64,000 bases of DNA from an uncultured delta proteobacterium (GTDB taxonomy: Bacteria > Desulfobacterota > Binatia > UBA9968), in the NCBI GenBank assembly GCA_963760795.1, contig CAVXEP010000025.1:96001-160000 (forward strand). The letters run 5' to 3'. The notes under the pieces are model-generated. The model did no database searches. It was not told where the DNA came from and saw only the letters and a list, made by a program, of their open reading frames with translations. The first letter of the stretch is position 1, and each line of letters begins with the position of its first letter. This document shows, one piece after another, positions 20,074 to 30,140 of the stretch. The position numbers and the translations under genes were made by a program.

Positions 20074-20802
20074 ATGGCGAAAACCGCTGGCATCGTCATC
20101 ATCGGCAACGAGGTCCTGTCGGGCAAGACCCAGGACATCAACTCGCATTTTTTCTGCACCGAACTGCGCCAGTTGGGCGTCGAGGTCCAGAAGATCTCCA
20201 CCATCCAGGACGAAATCCCGCTGATCGGCAAGGAAGTCGCCGAATTTTCCCAACGCTTTGACTTCGTTTTTACCTCGGGCGGCATCGGCCCGACCCATGA
20301 CGATGTCACCATCGAAGGCATCGCCCATGGCTTCGGCGTCACTGTCGTGCGCCATCCCGACATCGAAGCGCGCATGCGCCGGCGCCTTGGCGCCGACTTG
20401 AACGAGGCGCGCCTGCGCATGGCCAACGTCCCAGAAGGCGCTAAGCTCTTATGCGCCGATGCGCCGTTTGCGCCCATCATACTGATGCGCAATGTCTATG
20501 TTTTTCCGGGTATCCCAAAGATTCTCCAGGAGCGCTTTCACAGCATCAAAGAACAGTTTCGCGAAGCGCCCTACTATCTCAAGAACGTTTACGTGCGCCA
20601 CGGCGAAGGTATTATCGCCACCATGCTCAACGATCTATTGGTCAAATATCCCGAGCTCATGTTGGGCTCCTATCCGGTGCTCGATCTCCCCGACTACAAA
20701 GTGAAAGTGACGCTGGAGTCGAAAGACCAGAAGTATTTGACCCAGGCGTTGGCAGCCTTCGTCGCCTCCCTGCCCAAAGACGGCGTCTACCGTATCGATT
20801 AG
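20074..20802 (+). CDS. CinA N-terminal / molybdopterin-binding-fold protein (COG1058, nucleotide pyrophosphatase-like)
   Basis: IIGNEVLSGKTQDINS, FTSGGIGPTHDDVT, RLRMANVP, FPGIP. Confidence 0.88.
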   Translation: MAKTAGIVIIGNEVLSGKTQDINSHFFCTELRQLGVEVQKISTIQDEIPLIGKEVAEFSQRFDFVFTSGGIGPTHDDVTIEGIAHGFGVTVVRHPDIEARMRRRLGADLNEARLRMANVPEGAKLLCADAPFAPIILMRNVYVFPGIPKILQERFHSIKEQFREAPYYLKNVYVRHGEGIIATMLNDLLVKYPELMLGSYPVLDLPDYKVKVTLESKDQKYLTQALAAFVASLPKDGVYRID

Positions 20803-20810
20803 CGACCAGC

Positions 20811-22250
20811 ATGGCGGAAAATCCTTCCTGGGGCGTGCTGCCGCCATTTAAGCGGGCGCCGCTACCGCCGATGCCGGGGATGCTCCGCGCCTTGGGACCC
20901 GGCGTGATTTTCATGGCGTTGGCCCAGGGCAGCGGCGAGCTGATATTCTGGCCTTACACTATTGCCAAGTACGGTCTAACGTTTTTGTTCTTGCTGATTC
21001 CCGCCTGTTTGCTGCAATTTCCCGTGATCTACGAGATCGGCCGCTACACCTTGCTCACCGGCGAGAGCATTTTTCAGGGCTTCATTCGGTTGAATCGAAC
21101 TTTCGCTTTTTTTCTCTGGATACTGATGACGCTATCGTTTCTTTGGTTCGGCGCCTTCGCCGCCGCCGGCGGCACATCGATCGCTGCTCTCACCGATTTC
21201 CCCAACGGCTGGAGCCGGCGCGAGCAGACGTTATTCTGGGCCTATGCCACCATGGCGCTATTTCTCATTGCGATCCTGCTCAGCAAGGTAATTTACCACC
21301 TGATCGAAACCTTCATGTGGGCTGTGGCGCTTTTCACCTTGATCGGGCTCATCTGGGCCAGCGCCAACGCTGAAGTGCTGCGCGCGCTGCCGGCATTCGT
21401 AAAAGGGTTGGTCATCCCCGAGTGGCCGATGCCGCGCCCTTGGGACTCAGCCGATGCAACGAAATTGCTAACCGCCATCACGTTCGCCGGGCTTGGCGGT
21501 TTTTGGACTCTCTTTTATTCATATTGGCTACGCGACAAAGGCGCAGGCATGGCCCACTACGCCGGACGACTCACCGGACCGATCACCGGCAAACCGGAAG
21601 CGATTCCGGAATCAGGCTCGCTGCCGGGCAACGACGAAGGGCTAGCCCATGTCAAGCGCTGGCACCGCTTCATGTTTTGGGACATCGGCATCGGCGTGAT
21701 CGGTAACATGATCACCACACTGCTCACCTGCCTGCTCGCCTACGCGCTACTATTTCCCAAAGGATTACTGCCCCAAGGCTACGAGATCGCCGTGGTGCAA
21801 AGCCGCTTCTTCGAAGTGAGCTGGGGCGGTTGGGGCAGGATATTATTTTTAATCGTCGCGGCGGCGTTTCTGTCCGACACCTGGCTCGCTACAGTGGACG
21901 CCGTCAGCCGCACCCATGCCGATTGCGTCTACGGCTTTTTTCCGCGCAGTCATCGCATCCCCTATCGCAAGTGGTATCTATTCTTTTTGCTGCTGCTCAC
22001 CTTGATCACCGGCGTCACCGTGCAGATGAACGAGCCCGGTACACTGATCTTGATTTCCGCGGTCATCGGATTCGTCGGCACGGTGATCTATTCAGTCGCG
22101 CTGATTTTTCTCAATCACGTCTACCTGCCGCGCCACCTGCCCAGTGCCGCCAAACCGGGGAAGCTGAATTTTTTTTTCATGCTCATCTCCTGCACCGCCT
22201 ATTTTGTCCTCGCGATGCTCTATCTCCTTACGGTGCTAAAAATCATCTGA
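20811..22250 (+). CDS. Nramp-like / APC superfamily membrane transporter
   Basis: From MAENPSW: ALGPGVIFMALAQGSGELIFWP, EIGRYTLLTGESIFQGF, YSYWLRDKGAGM; about 11 TM segments. Confidence 0.8.
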   Translation: MAENPSWGVLPPFKRAPLPPMPGMLRALGPGVIFMALAQGSGELIFWPYTIAKYGLTFLFLLIPACLLQFPVIYEIGRYTLLTGESIFQGFIRLNRTFAFFLWILMTLSFLWFGAFAAAGGTSIAALTDFPNGWSRREQTLFWAYATMALFLIAILLSKVIYHLIETFMWAVALFTLIGLIWASANAEVLRALPAFVKGLVIPEWPMPRPWDSADATKLLTAITFAGLGGFWTLFYSYWLRDKGAGMAHYAGRLTGPITGKPEAIPESGSLPGNDEGLAHVKRWHRFMFWDIGIGVIGNMITTLLTCLLAYALLFPKGLLPQGYEIAVVQSRFFEVSWGGWGRILFLIVAAAFLSDTWLATVDAVSRTHADCVYGFFPRSHRIPYRKWYLFFLLLLTLITGVTVQMNEPGTLILISAVIGFVGTVIYSVALIFLNHVYLPRHLPSAAKPGKLNFFFMLISCTAYFVLAMLYLLTVLKII

Positions 22251-22347
22251 TGGCCATGAATTTTGCTGTGCTATCTCCATTCTCAATTTAATGGCATTAC
22301 CGCCGCCAGGCTGGTACCATAGTCGAAATTTAGCTGGAGAAATCACC

Positions 22348-22998
22348 TTGACTGAAATCATGAATTGGATCATGGACTCCATCCGCGCCTACGGGGCTTG
22401 GAGCGTATTTGCCGGCGTTATTATCGAATCGGTAATCGTCCCCATCCCGTCGCCGCTGATCATCATGGGCGCGGGCTTTATTTTGATCAGCGCCGATCTG
22501 AAATTCTTCGAAGCCCTGATGCCGATCTTGTTGCAGATCGTCCTGCCGGGCGCCATCGCCTCGACAGTTGGCGCTTACATCGGCTACGCCATCGGCTACT
22601 ACGGCGGCAAGCCGATAGTCGACCGCTGGGAGAGGTTGTTGGGATTTAGTTGGAAAGATGTCGAATCCTTGGAAAAACGCTTTCGCGATGGCCAGGTGAA
22701 CACGACGATTTTTTTTCTCCGCGCGCTGCCGGTTTTCCCGCTTTCCGTGATTTCCGCGGCGGCGGGCCTACTGCGTCTGCCGCTAAATCACTTTAGCCTA
22801 TGGACTTTTTACGGCACGATTCCCCGCTGCCTGCTGCTTGGCTACCTCGGTTGGGGTCTGGGCGAAACCTATCAAGGCATCGCCAAAGGCATCGATAAAG
22901 CGGAAGGGATTGTTTCAGGAATTCTCGTCCTGGCCATTATGGGGGTTATCGTCTGGCTGCGCGCCCGCGTGCGCGGCAAGATTCTCGATAACGGCTGA
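22348..22998 (+). CDS. DedA family membrane protein
   Basis: IESVIVPIPSPLII..AGF, GAYIGYAIGYYGGKP, FFLRALP, ISAAAG; TTG start after GGAGA. Confidence 0.88.
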   Translation: MTEIMNWIMDSIRAYGAWSVFAGVIIESVIVPIPSPLIIMGAGFILISADLKFFEALMPILLQIVLPGAIASTVGAYIGYAIGYYGGKPIVDRWERLLGFSWKDVESLEKRFRDGQVNTTIFFLRALPVFPLSVISAAAGLLRLPLNHFSLWTFYGTIPRCLLLGYLGWGLGETYQGIAKGIDKAEGIVSGILVLAIMGVIVWLRARVRGKILDNG

Positions 22999-23023
22999 AC
23001 CGACGACCCTCGGGATAATCGCC

Positions 23024-23734
23024 CTAGAACCAGTGTTGCTCCGAGCCGATTTCCCAGCCGAGCAAAAGTCCGAACGCGACACTGGCGAAGCCCGCAACCA
23101 CGCGTATCCAACGGTTCACCGCCGAGAAGCGTTGCGCCGTGAGAATAAACGGCAAGCTGATGATGCCGCTCAAAAGCAACATCCCACCAACGGAACCGAG
23201 ACCGAAAATCGCGATATAAGCGAGGCCGGCCAATGGCGAGGTGATCGTGCCGAGCACGAGCAACATCAACGCCGCGCTGCCGGCCAGGCCATGCACCATG
23301 CCGACGAAAAACGGCCGGCGCATCGCTTTGAAAGGATGGTTGTGGCCATGGTCCTGCTGCGGCTTTTCGTGGACGTGAAAATGAGTGTGGGTTTCAGGAT
23401 TATGCGTATGGGTGTGCAAATGAACTTGCGCCGGGCCAAAGGTGCGACGCAGGACGTTCAGTCCGAGCACCACCAGCATAATCGCCACGAGAAACTCTAA
23501 ACCGGCCGCAACTGGCTGGGAAATCGTCAGCCGCAGACCGATCACCAGCAGGCCGACGAGAAACAACGTCGTGGTGTGGCCCAAGCCCCAAAAGGCGCCA
23601 ATCAACGACGCCCACTTGAAGTTCTTATGCTCGCTGACGATCGTCGACACCGCGATCAAATGATCCGGATCGAGTGCGTGCTGAATGCCCAGCACGAGTC
23701 CCAAACCGAAGGCGGCAAATAGCGAAGTTTCCAT
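23024..23734 (-). CDS. High-affinity Ni/Co transporter-like protein (UreH/HupN/NiCoT-related)
   Basis: LGIQHALDPDHLIAV, WGLGHT, His-rich loop HLHTHTH...HTHFHVH, GMVHGLAGSAAL. Confidence 0.85.
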   Translation of the reverse strand: METSLFAAFGLGLVLGIQHALDPDHLIAVSTIVSEHKNFKWASLIGAFWGLGHTTTLFLVGLLVIGLRLTISQPVAAGLEFLVAIMLVVLGLNVLRRTFGPAQVHLHTHTHNPETHTHFHVHEKPQQDHGHNHPFKAMRRPFFVGMVHGLAGSAALMLLVLGTITSPLAGLAYIAIFGLGSVGGMLLLSGIISLPFILTAQRFSAVNRWIRVVAGFASVAFGLLLGWEIGSEQHWF

Positions 23735-23820
23735 GATGTGGAAAATGGACAGAGACACGAGACAGAGAGCACAGCCTCCCCCCACCCCTCGATCTGACTC
23801 TCTATTATTATTTCAATTCT

Positions 23821-24249
23821 CTATCTCTGCAGAGGTTGGCCGGTCTGCGTGCCGATCCACACTTCACCGCCTTCGAAAACTTCTTTCTTCCAAATCGGCA
23901 CGGTCTTTTTGATCTCTTCAATGGCGAAGCGGCTGGCGGCAAACGCCGCCTCCCGGTGCGCCGACGACACGGCGATGATCACGCTCGCCTCGCCGATCTG
24001 CACCGGACCCAATCGGTGGACGATCGCCATGCGGCGGATCTGCCATTTTTGTGCCGCCTCGGCGCCGATGCGCGCCAGTTCTTTCTCCGCCATCTCAGGA
24101 TAGGCTTCGTAGTCCAGCGCGATCACGTTTCGCCCTTCGTTGTTGTTGCGCGTAGTGCCGATAAACGTCGCGATGGCGCCAGCCTCGGCATCGGTGACAT
24201 ACTGCACCAGTTCGTTTAGGTCGATGGAAAAGTTTTGTACACGAAACAT
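23821..24249 (-). CDS. moaE: Molybdopterin synthase catalytic subunit
   Basis: GAIATFIGTTR, LDYEAYPEMAE, HRLG, SSAHR, KKTVPIWKKE. Confidence 0.95.
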   Translation of the reverse strand: MFRVQNFSIDLNELVQYVTDAEAGAIATFIGTTRNNNEGRNVIALDYEAYPEMAEKELARIGAEAAQKWQIRRMAIVHRLGPVQIGEASVIIAVSSAHREAAFAASRFAIEEIKKTVPIWKKEVFEGGEVWIGTQTGQPLQR

Positions 24250-24255
24250 AAAATC

Positions 24256-24501
24256 TCAGCCTCCACTCACCGGCGGGAGAAATACCACTTCGTCGCCGTC
24301 GCGGAGTTTCTCGTCTAAGTGGACGTAATTCTGGTTAACGGCATAGAGCAGCCGAATCCCCGGCACATCGAGCTTGGGATAGGTTTTTTGTAACCCGTGC
24401 CAGAGCTCGCCCACAGTGGCGCCTTCGCTGAGTTCCTGAATAACTTCCGCGGTTCCGGCGCGCTCGCGCAGGATGGCGAACAACTTAACGCGAACTTTCA
24501 T
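24256..24501 (-). CDS. moaD: Molybdopterin synthase sulfur carrier subunit
   Basis: VKLFAILRE, AVNQNY, C-terminal DGDEVVFLPPVSGG. Confidence 0.95.
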   Translation of the reverse strand: MKVRVKLFAILRERAGTAEVIQELSEGATVGELWHGLQKTYPKLDVPGIRLLYAVNQNYVHLDEKLRDGDEVVFLPPVSGG

Positions 24502-25004
24502 TTTCCTTGGAGCTGCGAAACCATGTGGCCAATTTCCGGCAGGATCAATTTCTCCATCGCCAAGGTCACCGCGCCTTTCGAGCCCGGCAGCGAGATCAAG
24601 ACTTTGCCGCGCGCCGTGCCGGCGGCGGCCCGGCTCATGACCGCCGCCGAACCGATGTCTAAATAACTCAGATAGCGAAAGATCTCGCCGAAGCCGTCGA
24701 GCTTTTTGTCGAGAAAGCGGCTGACGACCTCGTAAGTGCCGTCACGCGGTGCGATGCCGGTGCCGCCATTGATAATTACCGCTTCGACATCGGCGCTGCC
24801 CAGCGCCTCGTCGAGCAACGCTGCGATCTCCACCGGCTCGTCTTTGACAATGCGGTAGCCGGCGGCGTGATGGCCTTCAGCGCTGAGAAATTGCTTGATG
24901 GTTTGGCCGCTGGTGTCGGTGCTTTCATCGCGCGTATCGCTTACCGTGATGACGAAACAGCGCACGCTTTTTTGGGCTTTTTCTTTATGCTCGTGGACCG
25001 CCAT
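24498..25004 (-). CDS. moaB: Molybdopterin adenylyltransferase MoaB/MogA family
   Basis: ITVSDTR...DTSG, NGGTGIAPRDGT, GFGEIFR, SRAAAG, SLPGS. Confidence 0.92.
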   Translation of the reverse strand: MAVHEHKEKAQKSVRCFVITVSDTRDESTDTSGQTIKQFLSAEGHHAAGYRIVKDEPVEIAALLDEALGSADVEAVIINGGTGIAPRDGTYEVVSRFLDKKLDGFGEIFRYLSYLDIGSAAVMSRAAAGTARGKVLISLPGSKGAVTLAMEKLILPEIGHMVSQLQGK

Positions 25005-25075
25005 GGGCGCCTCGCAGGGAAATTTCACTGGCGACTATAACAACCGACCCTGATGAATTCAAACCAGCGAATTTT

Positions 25076-26197
25076 CTACTGTTTTGCCGGCTTTACCGGC
25101 GCGGGACAGATTTTTTTGATGTCTTCCCAGGAATAATCCGGCAGCAGTTTCTGTGAACGAGCGACGCTCGCGGCGATCATGCTTTTGAGCCGCGCGATGC
25201 GCATCTCGGTGTGCGGGTGGGTCGAAACATAGGACAGCGCCGTTGCCATTTGACCCTCCTCTTTGCGCACTGCTTCGAAGAAAGAGATCATACCGGCGGG
25301 ATCGATTTGCCCAGCCAAGAGCATTTTCAAGCCGGCCTCATCGGCTTCCAGCTCATGCTCGCGGCTAAAACGCATCTGCGCCACCATCTGCGCCGCCTCG
25401 ACACCGAAGGAAACCATGCCGCTGGCATCGCCCAACACCGCGGCGACCAAAAAACTTGTGGAAGCATATTCGAGAAGTGAGCGTGTCACATGGCGTTTGA
25501 GAATATGTTGCAGCTCATGAGCCAACACACCGGCTAGCTCTTCGGCATTCTCGGTGCGATCCAACAAGCCGCGAAAAATGACGATATGGCCGCCTGGGGC
25601 GGCCAAGGCGTTGAACATCGGTTGGTTGACCACATGTATTTTGATGCGGTACTTAGTCTCGCCCTCGGTCGCGAGCATGGCACCGACCATGTTTTCGATT
25701 CTTGCCAGCCGTACCGGATCGCTGCAGCGTTGCTCCGCCGGCGCGACATACTCCAGCATGCTCTGGCCGAGCTGCTCTTCCCACGACACCGGCACCCAGG
25801 GCGCGGCGATTTTCGCGAGCATCGGGATGCCCCAAAAATAGCTTCCGATAACCAGCGCGATCGACGCGCAAGCGGCAATGATGGTCAATTGGAATCGTTG
25901 AAAACGCTTGGCCGGGTTATGGAAACCACCGGCGCGGCTGGGCATGAGCTGGTGCAACGACGTGAGAAAGCTGTCGTCGTCAATCAACAAGACTTCGGCC
26001 GGTTCGCCGCCGTGCTCCAGCCGGACTTGCTCGCCGGCATAGGCGCCCTGGGTTTGCCGGATCGCCGCGTAGGGCCAAATAAGCATGGCGCCGTCGTCAA
26101 GATCAATGCGCAGATTGCTCGGCTCGAGATGAATCCTGGCGTTGCGCCGGATGGCGCTTTGCCCGTCGAAATAATAGCCAAACCATTGCAGTTGCAT
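25076..26197 (-). CDS. M48 family zinc metallopeptidase
   Basis: YFDGQSA N-domain, TM anchor, NALAAPGG, ELAGVLAHELQH, FSREHELEAD, STHP. Confidence 0.9.
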   Translation of the reverse strand: MQLQWFGYYFDGQSAIRRNARIHLEPSNLRIDLDDGAMLIWPYAAIRQTQGAYAGEQVRLEHGGEPAEVLLIDDDSFLTSLHQLMPSRAGGFHNPAKRFQRFQLTIIAACASIALVIGSYFWGIPMLAKIAAPWVPVSWEEQLGQSMLEYVAPAEQRCSDPVRLARIENMVGAMLATEGETKYRIKIHVVNQPMFNALAAPGGHIVIFRGLLDRTENAEELAGVLAHELQHILKRHVTRSLLEYASTSFLVAAVLGDASGMVSFGVEAAQMVAQMRFSREHELEADEAGLKMLLAGQIDPAGMISFFEAVRKEEGQMATALSYVSTHPHTEMRIARLKSMIAASVARSQKLLPDYSWEDIKKICPAPVKPAKQ

Positions 26198-26218
26198 CGT
26201 TGCGGCGCGCGAACCTGC

Positions 26219-27202
26219 TCAGCCGAGATCGAAGTCGAGATCGAGAAAACCGGAAAGTCCCTCACCGGTCGCCGTTGCCGTCTGAATTTCTTGCATGACG
26301 CCGGCGAATTCGAGAGTCCCAACCATCGTCATATGGCTGGCATAGTAACGCATGTTGCGCACGGTAATCCATGACCAGCCGAGACCCAAGGTCAGAATGA
26401 AGAGAATCGCATTGCCGAACCATAAAGCGAACACGCCGCCGCCGCTGACCGTCGAACGCAAGCGCGCCGCCTGGAACGACGTATGCTCGGCATAGTAACG
26501 CTGTACCCGCGCCCAGTACCAAAACCAGCAGAGAAAAAACGTCGGCAGGGTCAGGATCATATGCAAAACAAAAGTCAAAAAGAGATCGCGGCCACGGCCG
26601 TCGAAAGCGAATTTCTGATTGCCGAAGAAGGAATTCCCGACCATGAAAGTCTGCCGCAGGGTCTGCCAGAACGGATAGTAAAATCCCAAACTCACCACCG
26701 CCAGCAACCAACCTTTGATATAGATCGCCATGAAGTCGCGCACGCCGCCGCGAAACGAAAAACGCACGCCGCGCCAAGAGAGACGGCTCAACCGGTAGCG
26801 CCGGGCATTGACCATGGCGACGGGAATGAAGATACCGACGACGATGTAAATAAGTATCTGCAAGACATCGAACAGATCGGACTCCATGCCGACGATGACC
26901 TGTAAGACCGCCAAGACGAACAGCGGTATGCCAAAAAGCACCATCGCCTTCGTCCAGCCGATAAACAACTCCTGGCCGGTGCCGTGATAGGCGAAGCGAT
27001 CGCCGCCAAATTCGGTCTGGCTCGCCAGGTAGCGGCGCACTTTGACCCGGCCCCAAAAAGAATAAATGCCGAATGTAATCAAGCTCAAGAACAGATTGAC
27101 GATCTGGATGCCGAATAGCGACCCGCCGCGGCCATGAAAGTGAATCGGGTAGGTCGAATGTACCGCCGTATCCAATGTCTGAGTGTCCAAGTCCATTGCC
27201 AT
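26219..27202 (-). CDS. yjgN: YjgN/DUF898 family inner-membrane protein
   Basis: FHGRGGSLFGIQIVNLFLSLITFGIYSFW, RFAYHGTGQELF, SWRGVRFSF; conserved pairing with the M48 peptidase. Confidence 0.85.
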   Translation of the reverse strand: MAMDLDTQTLDTAVHSTYPIHFHGRGGSLFGIQIVNLFLSLITFGIYSFWGRVKVRRYLASQTEFGGDRFAYHGTGQELFIGWTKAMVLFGIPLFVLAVLQVIVGMESDLFDVLQILIYIVVGIFIPVAMVNARRYRLSRLSWRGVRFSFRGGVRDFMAIYIKGWLLAVVSLGFYYPFWQTLRQTFMVGNSFFGNQKFAFDGRGRDLFLTFVLHMILTLPTFFLCWFWYWARVQRYYAEHTSFQAARLRSTVSGGGVFALWFGNAILFILTLGLGWSWITVRNMRYYASHMTMVGTLEFAGVMQEIQTATATGEGLSGFLDLDFDLG

Positions 27203-27287
27203 TACCGAGCTGCCCCTTCCGCCGCGCGCACCCAAGGAAGAGGATACACCATCCTCAAGGGCGCCGCCGATCCATTCTCTGCATGGC

Positions 27288-29939
27288 TTAGCGCATGAGT
27301 CCCAAGTAGCGCCAATAGGGAATCGCCGCAACCAGCGCGATCAGATAGGCCGCGGCATAGAACAAATGGATACGCTTCATGTCCTGATAGCTAAAGCCCT
27401 TGCCGTCGGTGGTCGCGTAGGCCAGCGAATGCCAGTCGACCTGGAACGGGAAAAACCACACTTCCGACGCGACCAGAACGATCATGATCATGATCCAAGG
27501 ATTGATCTGCAGTTCGGCTGCTAAGGGCAATAGTGCGATGGCCAACGTCACGACGGTCAGGAAACTGGTAAATACCAGCCTGACCGCATAGGTGATCAGG
27601 GCAATGACGATAAACGCCAGCGCCGGCGTGGCGCTAAAGGGCACGACCAGCGGTGCGAACAGCCCGACCAGCCATCGATCGATCTTCGCGTCGGTGAGCA
27701 GCGTGGGAATGCTCAGCGTCGCGCCCATGTAGATGAGCATTTCCCAATCGATGCTCTTCTTCAGCATGCCCCAGCCGAGCACGCCGGTGTTGATCAACAG
27801 GCAAAGGGCTAGAAGCGCCACCCAGGCGCCGTCGATTTTGTGCGTCGACCCGGTCAGCCAGCCGGTCACGGTGGCGCACAATACGGCCAGAGTAATCCAT
27901 TCATACTTCGACAGCGGCCCAAGGATCTCCAGCTGGGTCTGCACCATCTTGTACGAAACCTGCGACTGCGACTCCGGTTGATACAACAGCATGGTGGCGC
28001 CGACGATGATCACGGTAACGATCAACGTCGGCGGCAAGGCCGCCAAAAACCAGTAGCCCCAAGTGAATTGCCCACGGACTTCCGGGGCCAGTAACCCCCA
28101 GGCAATCAAACTGGTAGTCGAACCGGTCAAGAATAAAAAACCCAACTGACCTAGACCTAAGAAACTTGCGACGAATAGCCCAGTGGACGCGCGCGACGGA
28201 TTCTTGTAACCCAAACTTTCGGACAGATTGAGCAGCATCTGGCTGATGATCGCGGTGCGCGCACTCTGCTGCGGGATCAACGCCATGACTACGATACCCA
28301 TGATGCCCAGCGCGAAAATTTGCCAGTTATATTTGAGCGGAAAGTAGCGCACCAATTGGAGTGAAAAACGGTAGAACAAACCCGTGCTGGTGATCGCCGC
28401 GCCGAGACCGAGTACGCCCAGGGTCATGAACCAGGTCGAGCTGGCGAAGCCGCCTAGGACAACTTCGGGCTTGGCCAGACCGGTGAGGATAAATCCCAAA
28501 GCAAAAATCAACGCAACGCCGTAGTCCGGCAAGATGCGAAACACCCAGAAGACCAAGGTGAAGAGCAAAATGGCCAACTGCTTGGTGGCGCTCGGCGACA
28601 GTCCAATATCGGGGGTAAAAAACCACAGGTAGCCCCACAGGCCGACACCAAGTACGCCGCCCATCCAAGAACCGATCGCGAACTTATCACGGCTACCGGC
28701 AATCTCAGAAAACCATTTTCCCCGCGGCAGTGGCGACCGCTCACTGCCGGCAAGACCCGCTCCACTACGGACTGGCTCGACCTCGCTAGCGGCACCGCCG
28801 GATATGGCCCCCTCTTGTTGCGCCGCCAGATTCAACGCGTTGCGCAGGTACGTCAGCGCCTGGCCATGGTTATTATTTGCAACCATGCCGTCGGTATCGC
28901 TGTAGTAACGCGCCAGTTTGGCCGCGCCAACCACCGCTTCGCGCCGCGCCAGAGCCTCTTTCAAACCGCGAAGCGCCGCCGCCTCATCACCCAATCGGCG
29001 TAGCGCGTCTACCTGAAGGTGAACCAGCGCCAAGTCTCGATAAAAAGTATCGGCGGGAATATTGCCAATGGAATTCTTGACGAACACCGGCGAGCTTGCC
29101 AACAACTGATCCTTGTGGGCGATCAACAGACGGCCGGCGTTGGCCCAATCTTTCGCCGCCATGCGCTGGTTCAGCGCCGCTGGCCAATCGCCCGACGCTT
29201 CGTAGCGCGCCGCGTAGTCGGCTTGGAGTCGCAGCACATTCTCTGCGCCTTCGCTTTCAAGCAATTTTGCCGTCAAGAACTCGCGAAAGAAACCATGCAG
29301 TTCGAAATGATTGTCGACCCGACGGATCAGCGGGAGCTGGCTCGCTTCCAGCGCCGCGATATAGCCGCTCGCCGCATCGGTTTGAAACAGCGCGCCGACA
29401 GCGGCCGGATCGAGGCTGGTTAACAGCGCCGCGCGGCGGTAGAACTGCTGCGCTTCCGGCGGCTGTTTGCGGTAAAATTCGTCCGCCAGGGAATCGAAAG
29501 CTTGGCGTCCTTGAGAATATTGCCGGTCCTTCTCCGAGAGCCGCTGGCTCAGCACCGCACAGAAGTGCAGCAGCCAGGTGGCATGCTTGGCGATCAAATC
29601 GTCCCAAGACTCGCGGCTGAGTTTCCACAGCAGACAATCCTTGACCGTGATCACGGTAGCCGAACGCGGCGCCGATGAGAGCAACGCCATCTCGCCAAAA
29701 TACTCCTGCGGACCGAGCACGGCGATGGTCTCCGAGCGGCCGCCGCCGCTGTCCACTTGAACATGCACCGCGCCGGACTGAATCAGATAGAGCGCGTCGC
29801 CCTTATCGCCTTGCGCAAAGATTTTCTCCCCGCCGGAAAACTCCACTTCGACCAGATGGCCCATGATCTTGGCGACATCTTCACGCGACAGGCCGGCGAA
29901 CAGTGGGATGCTTCTAATGGTATCGGCTAAATCGGCCAT
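27288..29939 (-). CDS. Cyclic-nucleotide-binding domain + helical/TPR region + SLC13/DASS anion permease fusion
   Basis: N-terminal IPLFAGLS...IFAQGDKGDALYLI.SG.V...FGEMALL..APRSATV; middle FELHGFFREFL; C-terminal multi-TM region with GGFASSTW, IPQQSAR, FLTGS, IDWEML. Confidence 0.85.
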   Translation of the reverse strand: MADLADTIRSIPLFAGLSREDVAKIMGHLVEVEFSGGEKIFAQGDKGDALYLIQSGAVHVQVDSGGGRSETIAVLGPQEYFGEMALLSSAPRSATVITVKDCLLWKLSRESWDDLIAKHATWLLHFCAVLSQRLSEKDRQYSQGRQAFDSLADEFYRKQPPEAQQFYRRAALLTSLDPAAVGALFQTDAASGYIAALEASQLPLIRRVDNHFELHGFFREFLTAKLLESEGAENVLRLQADYAARYEASGDWPAALNQRMAAKDWANAGRLLIAHKDQLLASSPVFVKNSIGNIPADTFYRDLALVHLQVDALRRLGDEAAALRGLKEALARREAVVGAAKLARYYSDTDGMVANNNHGQALTYLRNALNLAAQQEGAISGGAASEVEPVRSGAGLAGSERSPLPRGKWFSEIAGSRDKFAIGSWMGGVLGVGLWGYLWFFTPDIGLSPSATKQLAILLFTLVFWVFRILPDYGVALIFALGFILTGLAKPEVVLGGFASSTWFMTLGVLGLGAAITSTGLFYRFSLQLVRYFPLKYNWQIFALGIMGIVVMALIPQQSARTAIISQMLLNLSESLGYKNPSRASTGLFVASFLGLGQLGFLFLTGSTTSLIAWGLLAPEVRGQFTWGYWFLAALPPTLIVTVIIVGATMLLYQPESQSQVSYKMVQTQLEILGPLSKYEWITLAVLCATVTGWLTGSTHKIDGAWVALLALCLLINTGVLGWGMLKKSIDWEMLIYMGATLSIPTLLTDAKIDRWLVGLFAPLVVPFSATPALAFIVIALITYAVRLVFTSFLTVVTLAIALLPLAAELQINPWIMIMIVLVASEVWFFPFQVDWHSLAYATTDGKGFSYQDMKRIHLFYAAAYLIALVAAIPYWRYLGLMR

Positions 29940-30140
29940 CGGTAGTTTGCTGTCGAAAGCGCCGCTTCATCGCTGCTTAAGCTCGACGGCATCCAGTAAG
30001 ACAACAGCGACGGCAGTGCGATTCATAATCTTTCCCAATAAAGCGCGCAACCGAATCGCTCACAGGAGCGGTAATTTTCCGATATTCGCGGCAGCCGCCT
30101 GATTGAACTCATCCGTGCCGACCTCTAGGATGGGAGTGAC

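Noticed and set aside
20451-20810. 120-aa N-terminal extension on the Nramp-like ORF, and similar extensions on ptsH, ptsN, lptA, kdsD and yjgN
   Set aside because: These overlap upstream genes or intergenic DNA and lack family similarity; downstream starts fit the families better.
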